Positions 22,779-34,012 of a DNA stretch of 64,000 bases are shown here, piece after piece; positions within the stretch are counted from its first letter, which is position 1; every line of letters starts with the position of its first letter. Both the position numbers and the translations under genes were made by a program. This stretch comes from an uncultured Verrucomicrobiae bacterium (lineage in GTDB: Bacteria > Verrucomicrobiota > Verrucomicrobiia > Chthoniobacterales > Chthoniobacteraceae), in the NCBI GenBank assembly GCA_963769025.1, contig CAVYKI010000003.1, positions 128,001-192,000 of the forward strand. Direction: 5' to 3'. The notes under the pieces were generated by a model that saw only the letters and a program-made list of their open reading frames with translations, did no database searches and was not told the origin of the DNA.

Positions 22779-25109
22779 GGGAGGTAGAGGAATTCGCTGG
22801 AGTTGAGCAGCGCCCAGCAGACGGTCGCCAGCCCGTGTTCGCGCGCCACTTTTTCGCACGCGGCGGCCTCGCCCGGCTGCGGCGGACGGGAGAAGACGAC
22901 CTCAAACGCGCGGACGATCTGCGCTGCGACTTCGGGCGTTGCCGAGGCGATGCGGTTTGCGAGCTTCGCCGCCTGCCGCACGGCGAAGGTGTCATTCATC
23001 AGTGCCAGCGCCTGCAGCGGCGTGGTGGTCGCGCGACGGCTCGGCGTGTTCACGGCGGGCGACGGGCAATCGAGCGCGTCGAGGAACGGACTGCGCGCAG
23101 TCATCACGTGGATGCGGTAGATGCTCCGCCGGTTGAACTCCGGCTCGTCCTTGTCGAAGAGGTGGTAAAAATACGTGTTGAGCTGCGTGACGGTGAACGG
23201 TGCAAAGCTCGGGCCGCCCATCCGCGGATTCAGGTCGCCGCTCATCGCCAGCATCGCATCGCGCACGACCTCGCCCTCGAGTCGCCGCGAGGGAAAATGC
23301 CACAGCAGCCGGTTGTCGGAATCCATCGACGCCGGGCCGGACGCACGCCCATCGGTGCCCGCGCTCTGACGGTACGTGGCGCTCGTCACGATGAGCCGGT
23401 GCATGGCCTTCACGCTCCAGCCGCGCGCGACGAATTCCCCCGCGAGCCAGTCGAGCAGCCCGGGATGCGAAGGCCGGCCGCCGTTCACGCCGAAGTCGCT
23501 CGGCGTATCCACGAGCCCGGTACCAAAATGCTGCTGCCACAGGCGATTCACCATCACCCGTGCGGTAAACGGATTCTCCGGCCGCGTCACCCAGCGAGCG
23601 AAGCGGACCCGCCGCTCGCCCTCCGGCGCATCCGGCGCGAGGCCCCATTCCGGCTGCGGCTCGCGCACCGCGGACAGCGCGCCGGGAGCCACGACTTCAC
23701 CGGGCTGCCTGATGTCGCCACGGACGAAAATCACGGTCGGCTTTGGCTGCTCGCGATCTCCCGTGAATGCGAGTGTCACGGAAAATCTCGCATCCATCTC
23801 CCCCTTCGACTTGTCGCGCTCGGCCTCGATCTCCTTTCGCTCCGCCGCGAGCGCCGCTTTCACCTCGGGTTTGGCGTCGCTCGCCTTGATCTCCCTGTCC
23901 AGTTCCGCCATCCGCTTTTCACACGCCGCGATGGTTTCGCGAAGCGGCTTCGTCGCCGCCTGCCACTCCGCATCCTCACGCTCGCCGAGCATCCTGCGCA
24001 TGCCATGCTTCTTTGGCAAATGCCCGTGGTCCACGCCTTCGAGCACGGACTTCATGCGATAGTAATCCACCTGCGGAATCGGATCGAACTTGTGATCGTG
24101 GCATCGCGCGCATTGCACGGTGAGCCCGAGAAAGGTCTGGCCGACGGCCCCCACCATTTCCTCGAGCTGCTCCTCGCGCGACTGGAGGCGGCCCAGCTTG
24201 CTCGGCGTGACCCGCGCCAGCGCATCCCACGACCCGGCGACCAGAAAACCCGTCGCCGCGATCCCGCGCGGCGTCACCGGCTGCAGCACATCGCCCGCGA
24301 TCTGTTCGCGGACAAATTGATCGTAAGGCGTGTCGTCGTTGAACGCCTGGATGACGTAGTCGCGGTACGTCCACGCCTGCTTCCGCTGCATGTCCTCCTC
24401 AAAGCCATCGCTCTCGGAAAAGCGCGCAACGTCGAGCCAATGCCGCGCCTGCCGCTCGCCGTATTGCGGCGACGCGAGCAGCCGATCGACCAGCTTTTCA
24501 TAAGCGCGGGGATCGCTCTCTCCGACGAATCGCTCCACGTCCTCCGGCGACGGCGGCAGCCCGGTGAGATCGAGCGTCACACGCCGGATCAACGTGCGCC
24601 GGCCGGCCTCGGTGCCGGGCTTCGACCAAGCTTCGCGAGGCCGACGGCAATGAAATGATCGATCCCATTCACGCCGGCGGCACCTCGGGCCGGCGCACGG
24701 GCTGGAATGCCCAATGCGTCTTCGCAGGATCTTCGCGCTTCACGCCCACATGCCCAGGCCACTCCGCGCCCGCGGCCATCCACGCGCGCATGAGCGACAC
24801 CTGCTTCGGCGTGAGCCGTTCACCGGTCGGCGGCATCCTCTCGTCCTCGTCCGTGCTTTCGATCCGATCGAGCAGCGCGCTCTTCTCCGGCCTTCCCGCC
24901 GCGATGACGGCACCGTTTTCGCCACCGTGAAATGCGCTATCGCGCCCATCGAGCCGGAGCCCGCCCTTCTGCTTCTTCGCCCCATGGCACTCCACACACC
25001 GCTCGCGGAGCACCGGCCAGATTTCCTTTTCAAAGTCCACCGCCTCCGCCGGGCGGAGCAGCCCGGCGATCACAATCGCGGCAATGGATTTCCAAGAGGG
25101 GGGCACCAC
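22775..25109 (-). CDS. Planctomycete cytochrome c / DUF1549 / DUF1553 (PSD1) protein, frameshifted near 24600-24670
   Basis: N-terminal part CVECHG...GGLRLD...RMPP...HWAF (24669-25109) joins RRVTLDLTGLPP, CARCHDHKFDP, PSHPGLLDWLA, TTPLQAL (22775-24592). Confidence 0.88.
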
Positions 25110-25382
25110 GCGAGCACATCGTGATTTCGTCGCCTGCGCAAGCCGCTCCCGCCCGCTTCCGCACAGACACCGGCGGGCAAAGAATACTTGGCAACGCAGA
25201 CCGCGCGGACATGCTCAAGCACAACAAATCGCGCGCATGAAACTTTGCTCAGACCGACCTTTTTTCCGGGCACGCTGCCGGATGGAATCCAACGCGAACC
25301 CGCTCCCGGCGGTTTCACGTCCTTCGTGCGATGTTCACCGTGCAACACGGAGCGCCGTTGGCTGCGAGCTTAGGTCTTTCCC

Positions 25383-26961
25383 ATGCGCATCGGCATCGAT
25401 TTCGGAACCACCCACACGGTCGCAGCGCTCGTCGATCGCGGGAATTTTCCCGTGATCCCGCTCGGCGAACACGACGTCTGCCCTTCGCTCGTCGCCGCGC
25501 ATGCGGATGGCCGCATCGTTTACGGACGGGAAGCCGCTGCGGTCAGCGCGGCGCATGAGCCGGGCTGGCACTGCCTGCGCTCGCTGAAGCGCCTGCTCCA
25601 CGGCGCGGGACCGCTGACCACGGTGGAACTCGCCGGCCGCACTTTCCTGCTCAGCGAACTCCTCGCGGGCTTCCTCTCGCACGTCCGCGAAGTTATCTGC
25701 AGCCACGCCGGGCGCGCCGCGACAAAGGTGATCGAGGCCGCCATCAGCGTTCCGGCGAACTCGTCGAGCGGCCAGCGCCTGCTCACGGTCGATGCCTTCC
25801 GCGCCGCCGGCTTTGATGTGGTGCGCCTGCTGAACGAACCCTCGGCCGCCGCCTGCGAGTACGCGCATCGCCAAAAGCGCTCGCTCTCCGGCCAGCGCGA
25901 GCACGTGCTCGTTTACGATCTCGGGGGCGGAACGTTCGACGCGTCCGTGCTGCGGCTCGACGACCAAGGAGGGGAGGTCGTCGGCTCGGCCGGCATCTCG
26001 CGGCTGGGCGGCGACGATTTCGACAATGTGATTTACCAGCTGACGCTGGAGAAGGCGGGCATCATCGATGCGCAGATGTCGCCGCTATTCCGCGAAATCC
26101 TGCTCGAAGAGTGCCGGACGCAAAAGGAGGCCGTGAGCCCGAACACCCGCAAGCTCATGATCGACCTCGCACACGCCGTCGCTGCCGCGCCCGAACTCGG
26201 GGAGGGCGGCGGAATTCCCGAGACGGTGGTGCTCCAGGCGGAGGCGGTCTATGCCGAGTGCGGCCCGCTCATCCAGGCCAGCCTTGCCTCGATGGACGAT
26301 GCGCTGCAACGACGCCCACGACGGCGCCGGCGTGGACGAAGGCGATCTGGCCGGCATCTACGTGGTGGGCGGGCAGAGCAGCTTTCCGCCGGTGTACCGC
26401 ACGCTGCGCGAACGCTTCGGGCAGCATCGCGTCCACCGCTCGCCGCATCCGTTCGGGTCGATCGCCATCGGCCTCGCCATCCACCTTTCGGAAGGCGGCA
26501 CGCGGCGCATCAAGGAGAAGCTCACCCGCCACATCGGCGTCTTCCGCGAGATCGAGGCGGGGCGTGAAATCTCCTGCGACGTGCTGCTCGCGAAGGACAC
26601 TCCGCTGCCGCCCGCGGGCTCGCCGCCGCTGGAAGTGAAGCGCCGCTACACGCCGCGCCACAATGTCGGCCACTTCCGCTTTTTCGAATGCGCGCGAATC
26701 CAGGCCGGCCGGCCCGAGGGAAACCTCTCGCTCTGGGACGACCTCCGCTTTCCCTTCGACAAGCGCCTGCGCGACACCGAGGACCTCTCCGGCGTGGCCG
26801 TGGAGCGCGGTGGCGAGCAGCCCGAGGTGGAGGAAGTGATCCGCGCCTTTCCCGGCGGCGCGGTGGAAGTGGAGCTGCGCGTCCTCGAAGACGGCTTCTC
26901 GCGCAAGGCGAAGATCTCCCCGCGCGGAGCGCCAGCAGGCCGCGCCGCGGCGCGAAAGTAG
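25383..26961 (+). CDS. Hsp70-family ATPase (short, non-DnaK), frameshifted near 26310
   Basis: IGIDFGTT, ISVPA, LLNEPSAAA, VYDLGGGTFDAS, LGGDDFD, YVVGGQS. Confidence 0.85.
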
Positions 26962-27006
26962 GCGCACCGGCGTCCCCCGCGCGGAGTCGGGCCGCGATGC
27001 CCGCGC

Positions 27007-28268
27007 TCAGGGGAAAAGGCCGCGCTGCTTTTTCGCGTCGAAGACGCGCTTGATTCCGAGACTCAGCGCGGCGAACCGCATCGAGATGTTTTGCTTGCGG
27101 CTCATGTGCAGCGTGTGCGTGAACGCGCCTTCGAGGATGCGGAACAATTTGTCCGTCACCTCGGACTCGGACCAGAAGAAGCTCTGGAAATCCTGCACCC
27201 ATTCAAAGTAGGACGCCACGACGCCGCCCGCGTTGCAGAGGATGTCGGGGATGACGAAGATGTCGCCGCGCTGCTGGAGGATGACGTCGGCCTCGGGCGT
27301 GGTCGGGCCGTTCGCGCCCTCGGCGAGGATGCGGCATTTCAGCCGCGGCGCATTTTCCGCGGTGATCTGCCGCTCCAGCGCGCAGGGCGCGAGGATGTCG
27401 CACGGCAGTTCCAGCAGCGCCGCGTGGGGAATCTGCTCCGCGCCGGCGAAGCCCTTCACCGTGCGCGTCGTGGCGACGTGGTGTTCGAGCGCGGTGATGT
27501 CGAGCCCCCTGGCATTGAAAATCGCGCCGTGGACGTCGCTGATGGCGGTGACCTTCATGCCGTAGCGCGACGAGCGAGTGCGCGGCGACCGGAGCCGACA
27601 TTGCCAAATCCCTGCACGACCGCCGTGGCCTTCGTCGGGTCCATCTTCAGCACGTCCATCGCGCGATTGATGAGATAGCCCACGCCGCGGCCGGTGGCTT
27701 CGCGGCGGCCGAGCGAGCCGCCGAGGTTCACGGGTTTGCCGGTGACGACGCCCGGCACGCTGTGGCCGCAGCGTCATGCGAGTAGGTGTCCATCATCCAC
27801 GCCATCGTCTGCTCGTTGGTGCCCATGTCGGGCGCGGGGATGTCCGTCTGCGGGCCGATGAATGGCATGATTTCCTGCGTGTAGCGGCGCGTGATACGTT
27901 CGAGTTCCAGCTGGGTCAGGTTGCTGCGGATCGCAGGTGACGCCGCCTTTCGCGCCGCCGTAGGGCAGTCCCGCAGCGCGCACTTCCAGCTCATCCACAT
28001 CGCGAGCGCTGCGACTTCGCCGATGGTGACTTCCGGGTGGTAGCGCACGCCGCCCTTCGTCGGGCCGCAGCGCGAGATGGTGCTGCACGCGGTATCCGGT
28101 GAAGACCGCGGCGCTTCCGTCCTCGCGGTGGATGGGGATCGCCACGGCCAGCGCGCGCTTCGGGTACTTCAGCCGGTCGCGGAAGGCCTCCGGGATTTCC
28201 AAGTGATCCGCCACCAGATCGAACTGGTGGCACGCCATGTCGAAAACGGGATGCCGGTAGAGATCCAT
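27007..28268 (-). CDS. Glu/Leu/Phe/Val (glutamate) dehydrogenase, several frameshifts
   Basis: GYRVQH, RYHPEVT...[34 protein letters not shown]...[42 protein letters not shown]. Confidence 0.92.
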
Positions 28269-28414
28269 GCCGCACGATGGCCGCGCAGCGGCGGGAGGAC
28301 AAACGCAGATTCGCTTCGCGTCGAAAAACGCCCCGCAATTCGAGTTGTCCCCCCTTCGTTTTGCCGCAATGTTCGCCCCCTTTCCGCAGCCAACACACAT
28401 CCACACACATCACC

Positions 28415-29492
28415 ATGTCTGACAACAAACGATTCCGCGCCGGCGTTCTTTTCGGAGACGAAGTCAAGGAACTGCTCGATTACGCCAAGGCCACCGGATT
28501 CGCGCTGCCGGCGATCAACTGCATCGGCACCAACTCGGTCAACGCCACGCTGGCGGCCGCGCGTGAGGTGAAGTCGCCCACGATGATTCAGTTCTCGAAC
28601 GGCGGCGCGCAGTTTTTCATCGGCAAGACGGTCAAGGGCGACAACCAGCTCGGCCCGGTGCTCGGCGGCATCGCCGGCGCGCATTACGTGGATGCGGCGG
28701 CGAAGGCCTACGGCGTGCCCGGTGATTCTGAACACCGATCATTGCGCGAAGAAGCTGCTCCCGTGGGTGGACGGCCTGCTGGCGGCGAGCGAGGAGCAGT
28801 TCGCCAAGACCGGCAAGCCGCTCTACAGCTCGCACATGCTCGATCTTTCCGAGGAGCCGCTGCACGAGAACCTCGAGATCTGCGCCAAGTATCTCGAGCG
28901 CATGACGAAGATGGGCATGACGCTCGAGATCGAACTCGGCGTGACCGGCGGCGAAGAGGACGGCGTGGACAATTCCGGCGTCGAGGAATCCAGCCTCTAC
29001 ACGAAGCCCGAGGAAGTCGCCGAGGCCTACAAGACGCTGAGCAAGATCAGCCCGAATTTCACCGTCGCCGCCGCGTTCGGCAACGTGCATGGCGTTTACA
29101 AGCCGGGCAACGTGAAGCTCAAGCCGACGATCCTGCAAGACTCGCAGGAGTACATCGAGAAGACCCTCGGCACCGGGCCGAAGCCGGTGAACTTCGTCTT
29201 CCACGGCGGCTCGGGCTCGACCCGCGAGGAAATCCGCGAGGCGATCAGCTACGGCGCGATCAAGATGAACCTCGACACCGACGTGCAGTGGGCGTTCTGG
29301 GACGGCGTGCGCGCATACGAGGCGAAGAACCACGACTATCTCCAGGGCCAGATCGGCAATCCGAACGGTCCCGATGCGCCGAACAAAAAATACTACGACC
29401 CGCGCGTCTGGCTCGGCGCCGCGGAGGACTCCGCGACGAAGCGGCTGCTCACTTCGTTCGAGGATCTGAACTGCGTCAACCGCAACGCATAG
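28415..29492 (+). CDS. fbaA: Class II fructose-bisphosphate aldolase, frameshift near 28720
   Basis: FALPAIN, QFSNGGA, TDHCAKKLLPW, SSHMLDLSEE, EIELGVTGGEEDG, FGNVHGVYKPG, VFHGGSG, PNKKYYDPR. Confidence 0.95.
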
Positions 29493-29544
29493 GCGTCCCC
29501 TTCGCGGCAGAGAACGCCGGCGGTCACAAAACACGCCGGAGCGG

Positions 29545-30351
29545 CTACAGATAGCGCCGGAGCGGCTCGTCCCGCACGGCGACGCTCAGCTCGACGAAAT
29601 CGCGGATCGGTGACTGCGCCAGTTTTCCCATGAGGACTTCCTCCACTTGGAAAATGCCGGCGTAGTCGTCCATGCGCACATTGATGTGCACGCACCGCTC
29701 CTGACCCTTTTCGATGACGACTTCCCGGATCGCGTTCGCCGAATGGCGGTGCATGTCCCCGATGACCGGCTTCACCGAGAGGCCCCTCGCGAGCCGCGCG
29801 CGGCCCTGCGCCATGTCCGTCCCGTCCGCCACGAGCACGGTGCCGGCCTCGATGGAGTGGATTTTCTCGTGCCCCATGTGGCCGGCGATCCCCTCCTGCA
29901 CCATGGCCGTCATGGCGACCTGCTTCTCGAAATCGTCCGGGTAAAACTCCGCAAGATACCGCTCCACAAAGCGCATGCCGATGATGAGCGAATGCCACTC
30001 GTGCCGCTGCCGCGCCACCGCCATCCCGAGGTCGTGCAGCATCGCCGAGAGCAGCAGGATCACCTGCCCATCCTCGAAGGTGCCGAGCTTTTCAAAGGCG
30101 ATGCTCGGCTGGATGCCGCCGTCCCGCAGGAAGCCGAGGATCTTCAGCGAGTGAAGCGCGACGATCCGCATGTGGACCGGGCCGTGATCATTGTAGCCGA
30201 GCCGGAGGATCGAGACGTGGTTCGACTGATCCTGCCACGCCCGGATGAGCGGATCGTCCGCGAGCTTCCGGTAAAGCGCCTTCCCGCGCTCGCCCAGAAA
30301 ATCGAGGATCGCGTTGTCGAGTTCCTCCCGGATTGCAGCTCCTGCTTTCAT
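29545..30351 (-). CDS. HD-domain metal-dependent phosphohydrolase (start uncertain)
   Basis: RLGYNDHGPVH, AMLHDLG, IEAGTVLVADGTDM..GRAR, AGIFQVEEVL. Confidence 0.82.
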   Translation of the reverse strand: MKAGAAIREELDNAILDFLGERGKALYRKLADDPLIRAWQDQSNHVSILRLGYNDHGPVHMRIVALHSLKILGFLRDGGIQPSIAFEKLGTFEDGQVILLLSAMLHDLGMAVARQRHEWHSLIIGMRFVERYLAEFYPDDFEKQVAMTAMVQEGIAGHMGHEKIHSIEAGTVLVADGTDMAQGRARLARGLSVKPVIGDMHRHSANAIREVVIEKGQERCVHINVRMDDYAGIFQVEEVLMGKLAQSPIRDFVELSVAVRDEPLRRYL

Positions 30352-30602
30352 TTCGATGATTGGATGTGCACCTGCATCGCGTTCGCGATTTGCGTGACTC
30401 AACTTGAGCCCCCCGCCCTCGAAGGCAAGCGTCTCCTCCGCCCCGCCCGTCCCGCGCACTGCGACACTTCCAGCTTTGCCATTCTCCATCTGCTCTCCTC
30501 CATCGCCCCGCTCCCATAAACAGCTTCCACGCGTGGGGGGAAACTGAGAGCTTGGGTGCATCCGGCTCCTTGGATGCCCTGGGGCTGCACGCGTTTCATC
30601 CG

Positions 30603-33311
30603 ATGTCACACCCCACCGAAGAAACCAGGCTCCGACTTTCCGAGGACGGGAAGGAGGCGTGGATGCTTTTCGGGCCTTACCTGAGCGAGCGGGCTTGGGC
30701 GACGGTGCGCGAGGACTACAGTGCGGATGGCAATGCGTGGGGTTACTTTCCGCACGAGCATGCGCGGTACAAGGCCTACCGGTGGGGCGAGGATGGCATC
30801 GGGGGAATCAGCGATGACAAGCAGCGGCTTTGCTTCGCGCTGGCATTTTGGAACGGGAAGGATGCGATCCTGAAGGAGCGGATGTTCGGGCTGACGGGCG
30901 CGGAAGGGAATCACGGCGAGGACGTGAAGGAGGTGTACTTCTACCTCGATAGCACGCCGACGCACAGCTACCTGAAGATGAACTACAAGTATCCGCAGGC
31001 GGCGTTCCCCTACGCGGCGCTGATCGCGGAGAATGGCAGGCGGTCGCGCACTGATCCGGAGTTCGAGCTGTGGGACACGGGCGTCTTTGCCGAGGACCGG
31101 TATTTCGACATCGACATCGAATACGCGAAGGCGGCGCCGGACGACATCCTGTGCCGGATCACCGTGCGCAACATGGGGCCGGACGCGGCGGCGATCCATG
31201 TGCTGCCGACGCTGTGGTTCCGCAATACGTGGAGCTGGGGGCGGAATGCGGCGAAGCCGCGGATGAGCCTCGCGCACGAGGCGGGGCGCGCGTTTGTGAA
31301 GAGCTCGCATGAGGCGATCGGGGAATACGTTCTCCATGCGGATGGCGCGCAGGACTGGCTGTTTTGCGAAAACGAAACGAACAACCGCCACCTCTACGGA
31401 AGCGCGAACGCCTCGGAATACACGAAGGATGCGTTTCACCGGCGGATCATCCACAATGACGCCGGAGCGGTGAATCCCGCGCAGGCGGGGACGAAGGCGG
31501 CGGCGGTCTTTCACCACGTGCTCAAGCCGGGGGAGCAGTACGAAGTGCGCATCCGACTCACGGGACCAGACACGCAACGATCGGCGGATCCGTTTGGCGA
31601 TTTTGATGCCGTTTTCAAAACGCGCATCCGCGAGGCGGACGAGTTCTACGCGGCGGTGCAGTCGCCGCTGATGAGGCCGGATGAACGCCTCGTCCATCGT
31701 CAGGGGCTCGCGGGGATGATGTGGTCGAAGCAGTTCTTCCACTACATCGTCGAGGACTGGATGGAGGGAGATCCCGGATTGCCGAAACCACCGGAAAGCA
31801 GGCAGCGCGGGCGGAATTGGGAATGGCGGCACCTTTACAACGAGCGCGTGATGTCGATGCCGGACCCGTGGGAATATCCGTGGTACACGGCGTGGGATCT
31901 GGCGTTCCATTGCGTCCCCATCGCGCTCATCGATCCGGCATTTGCCAAGAGCCAGCTCGATCTGCTGACGCGCGAGTGGTACCAGCACCCGAACGGGCAG
32001 ATCCCGGCTTACGAATGGAATTTCAGCGACGTGAATCCGCCGGTCTTCGCGTGGGCGGCGTGGAAAGTTTACAAGATGGAGGAGGCGCGTCGGGGAAAGG
32101 GCGACATCGCCTTTCTGGAGACGGTCTTTCACAAGCTGATGCTGAACTTCACCTGGTGGGTGAACCGCAAGGACTCCGAGGGGAAGAACATCTTCCAGGG
32201 CGGCTTCCTCGGGCTGGACAACATCGGCGTCTTCGACCGCAGCGCGCCGCTCCCGACCGGGGGACACCTGGAGCAAAGCGACGGCACGAGCTGGATGGGG
32301 ATGTTCAGCGTGAACATGATGAAAATCGCGCTGGAGCTGGCGCGCAAAAATCCCGTGTACGAGAACATCGCGACGAAGTTCCTCGAGCATTTCCTGGGCA
32401 TCGCGCATGCGCTGAATTCGCTGCATCTGTGGAACGAGGAGGATGCCTTTTTCTACGACGTCCTGCACCTGCCGCACGGGGAAAGGCTGCCGCTCCGCCT
32501 GCGCTCGCTCGTGGGCCTCATGCCGCTGCTCGCGGTGGAGACGCTGGAGCCCGAGGAGCTCGACGAGTTGCCGGGATTCAAGGCGCGCCTGGAGTGGTAC
32601 CTGAACTACCGGCCCGACCTCACGAAGCTCGTGTCGCACTACGAAATCCCCGGCCTCGGCAACCGGCGGCTCATCGCGCTCGTGCGCGGGCAGCGCATGA
32701 AGCAACTGCTCACGCGCATGCTCGACCCGGGGGAATTCCTGAGCCCGTTCGGCATCCGGTCCGTGAGCAAATTCCACGCAGATCATCCGTACGAATTCAC
32801 CGTGCGCGGAACGACGTATCGCGTGGACTACGAGCCGGGCGAGGGGCGGACGTCGCTGTTCGGAGGAAACTCAAACTGGCGCGGCCCGGTGTGGTTTCCG
32901 CTCAATTACCTGTTCATCGAGTCGCTGCAAAAGTTTCACCATTACTACGGCGACGACTTCAAGGTGGAATGCCCGACCGGGAGTGGGAAGATGCTGACGC
33001 TGGGTGAAACCGCCGACTACCTCGCCAAGCGGTTGAATTCGCTGTTCCTCAAAGGCGACGACGGCAGCCGCGCTTTCCAAGGACGCGACCGGGGCCTGTT
33101 CCAAAAGCCCGGCTGGGCCGATCAGATTTGGTTCCACGAGTACTTTCATGCGGATGACGGATCGGGTCTCGGCGCTTGCCACCAGACCGGCTGGACCGGG
33201 CTCACGGCCGACCTTCTCGAGCAACACGCGGAGCGGCGGGCGCAGCGTGCGACCACCGGAACACCGCTCCTTGGCATTCCGCCGTCCAACCAGCCCGCGC
33301 AGCGCGAATGA
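30603..33311 (+). CDS. GH63-like (MGH1-like) glucosidase
   Basis: GPYLSERAWATVREDYS, YRWGEDG, GNHGEDVKE, SMPDPWEYPW, GGFLGLDNI, FGGNSNWRGPVW, GACHQTGWTGL. Confidence 0.88.
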   Translation: MSHPTEETRLRLSEDGKEAWMLFGPYLSERAWATVREDYSADGNAWGYFPHEHARYKAYRWGEDGIGGISDDKQRLCFALAFWNGKDAILKERMFGLTGAEGNHGEDVKEVYFYLDSTPTHSYLKMNYKYPQAAFPYAALIAENGRRSRTDPEFELWDTGVFAEDRYFDIDIEYAKAAPDDILCRITVRNMGPDAAAIHVLPTLWFRNTWSWGRNAAKPRMSLAHEAGRAFVKSSHEAIGEYVLHADGAQDWLFCENETNNRHLYGSANASEYTKDAFHRRIIHNDAGAVNPAQAGTKAAAVFHHVLKPGEQYEVRIRLTGPDTQRSADPFGDFDAVFKTRIREADEFYAAVQSPLMRPDERLVHRQGLAGMMWSKQFFHYIVEDWMEGDPGLPKPPESRQRGRNWEWRHLYNERVMSMPDPWEYPWYTAWDLAFHCVPIALIDPAFAKSQLDLLTREWYQHPNGQIPAYEWNFSDVNPPVFAWAAWKVYKMEEARRGKGDIAFLETVFHKLMLNFTWWVNRKDSEGKNIFQGGFLGLDNIGVFDRSAPLPTGGHLEQSDGTSWMGMFSVNMMKIALELARKNPVYENIATKFLEHFLGIAHALNSLHLWNEEDAFFYDVLHLPHGERLPLRLRSLVGLMPLLAVETLEPEELDELPGFKARLEWYLNYRPDLTKLVSHYEIPGLGNRRLIALVRGQRMKQLLTRMLDPGEFLSPFGIRSVSKFHADHPYEFTVRGTTYRVDYEPGEGRTSLFGGNSNWRGPVWFPLNYLFIESLQKFHHYYGDDFKVECPTGSGKMLTLGETADYLAKRLNSLFLKGDDGSRAFQGRDRGLFQKPGWADQIWFHEYFHADDGSGLGACHQTGWTGLTADLLEQHAERRAQRATTGTPLLGIPPSNQPAQRE

Positions 33312-34003
33312 AGAAGCTAGTCGCTGCATGTTGCGGGATCGCCGCGGCCGCCGTGTTGCTGAGTTTTCGGTTCGCGCGCGGCAGGCACGAGGCCGCGAGA
33401 AATCTCGTGCTGAAGGAGCCCCCACCGCAGGCTCAACCGAATCCGGAGCAAAGCCGCGCGCCTTTTGCCGATGACCTCGCGAAGGGCGGCACGCCTGCCA
33501 GCATTATTAAAAACCCACCCGGCGCTGAACCGGGCGTGACACTGAACGTGCAGGGGCTCGCACCGATCCCGCTCACCGGCCGGAACGGCGCACCATCGGA
33601 GAAGACCGTCGAAGCAGTGACCGGCCGCGCCGATCTCTCCGACACGACCAAGGCGCGAGCCTTGATCGAGTTGCTGCCCACCCTGCCACCCGAGGCGCTC
33701 GCACGCGCGGCGGAGGAGGCGGCCACCCGGCTGTCCGACACCGACTACACGGCCGCGCTCCGACCGACGCTGATTGCTCCGCAGACGCACGGGATGGCGA
33801 TGAGCGTGCTTTTCGCGGACCTCATGCAGCGCCCGGACTCCGTCTCGCTGCCGATCCTCGCCACGATCGCACAGGACCCGAAGCATCCGTATTCGCAAAA
33901 CGCGCGGGAGAATCTGCAGTTCCTGCTCGGTCAGGATTTCGGAAATGACTGGGCCAGATGGAACGAAGCGATCCGGAATCGCATCGGCTCACCGGAGAAG
34001 TGA
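33308..34003 (+). CDS. Hypothetical exported protein
   Basis: ATGA overlap with the glucosidase stop; N-terminal hydrophobic segment; helical C-terminal part. Confidence 0.65.
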   Translation: MKKLVAACCGIAAAAVLLSFRFARGRHEAARNLVLKEPPPQAQPNPEQSRAPFADDLAKGGTPASIIKNPPGAEPGVTLNVQGLAPIPLTGRNGAPSEKTVEAVTGRADLSDTTKARALIELLPTLPPEALARAAEEAATRLSDTDYTAALRPTLIAPQTHGMAMSVLFADLMQRPDSVSLPILATIAQDPKHPYSQNARENLQFLLGQDFGNDWARWNEAIRNRIGSPEK

Positions 34004-34012
34004 GCGGCGATC

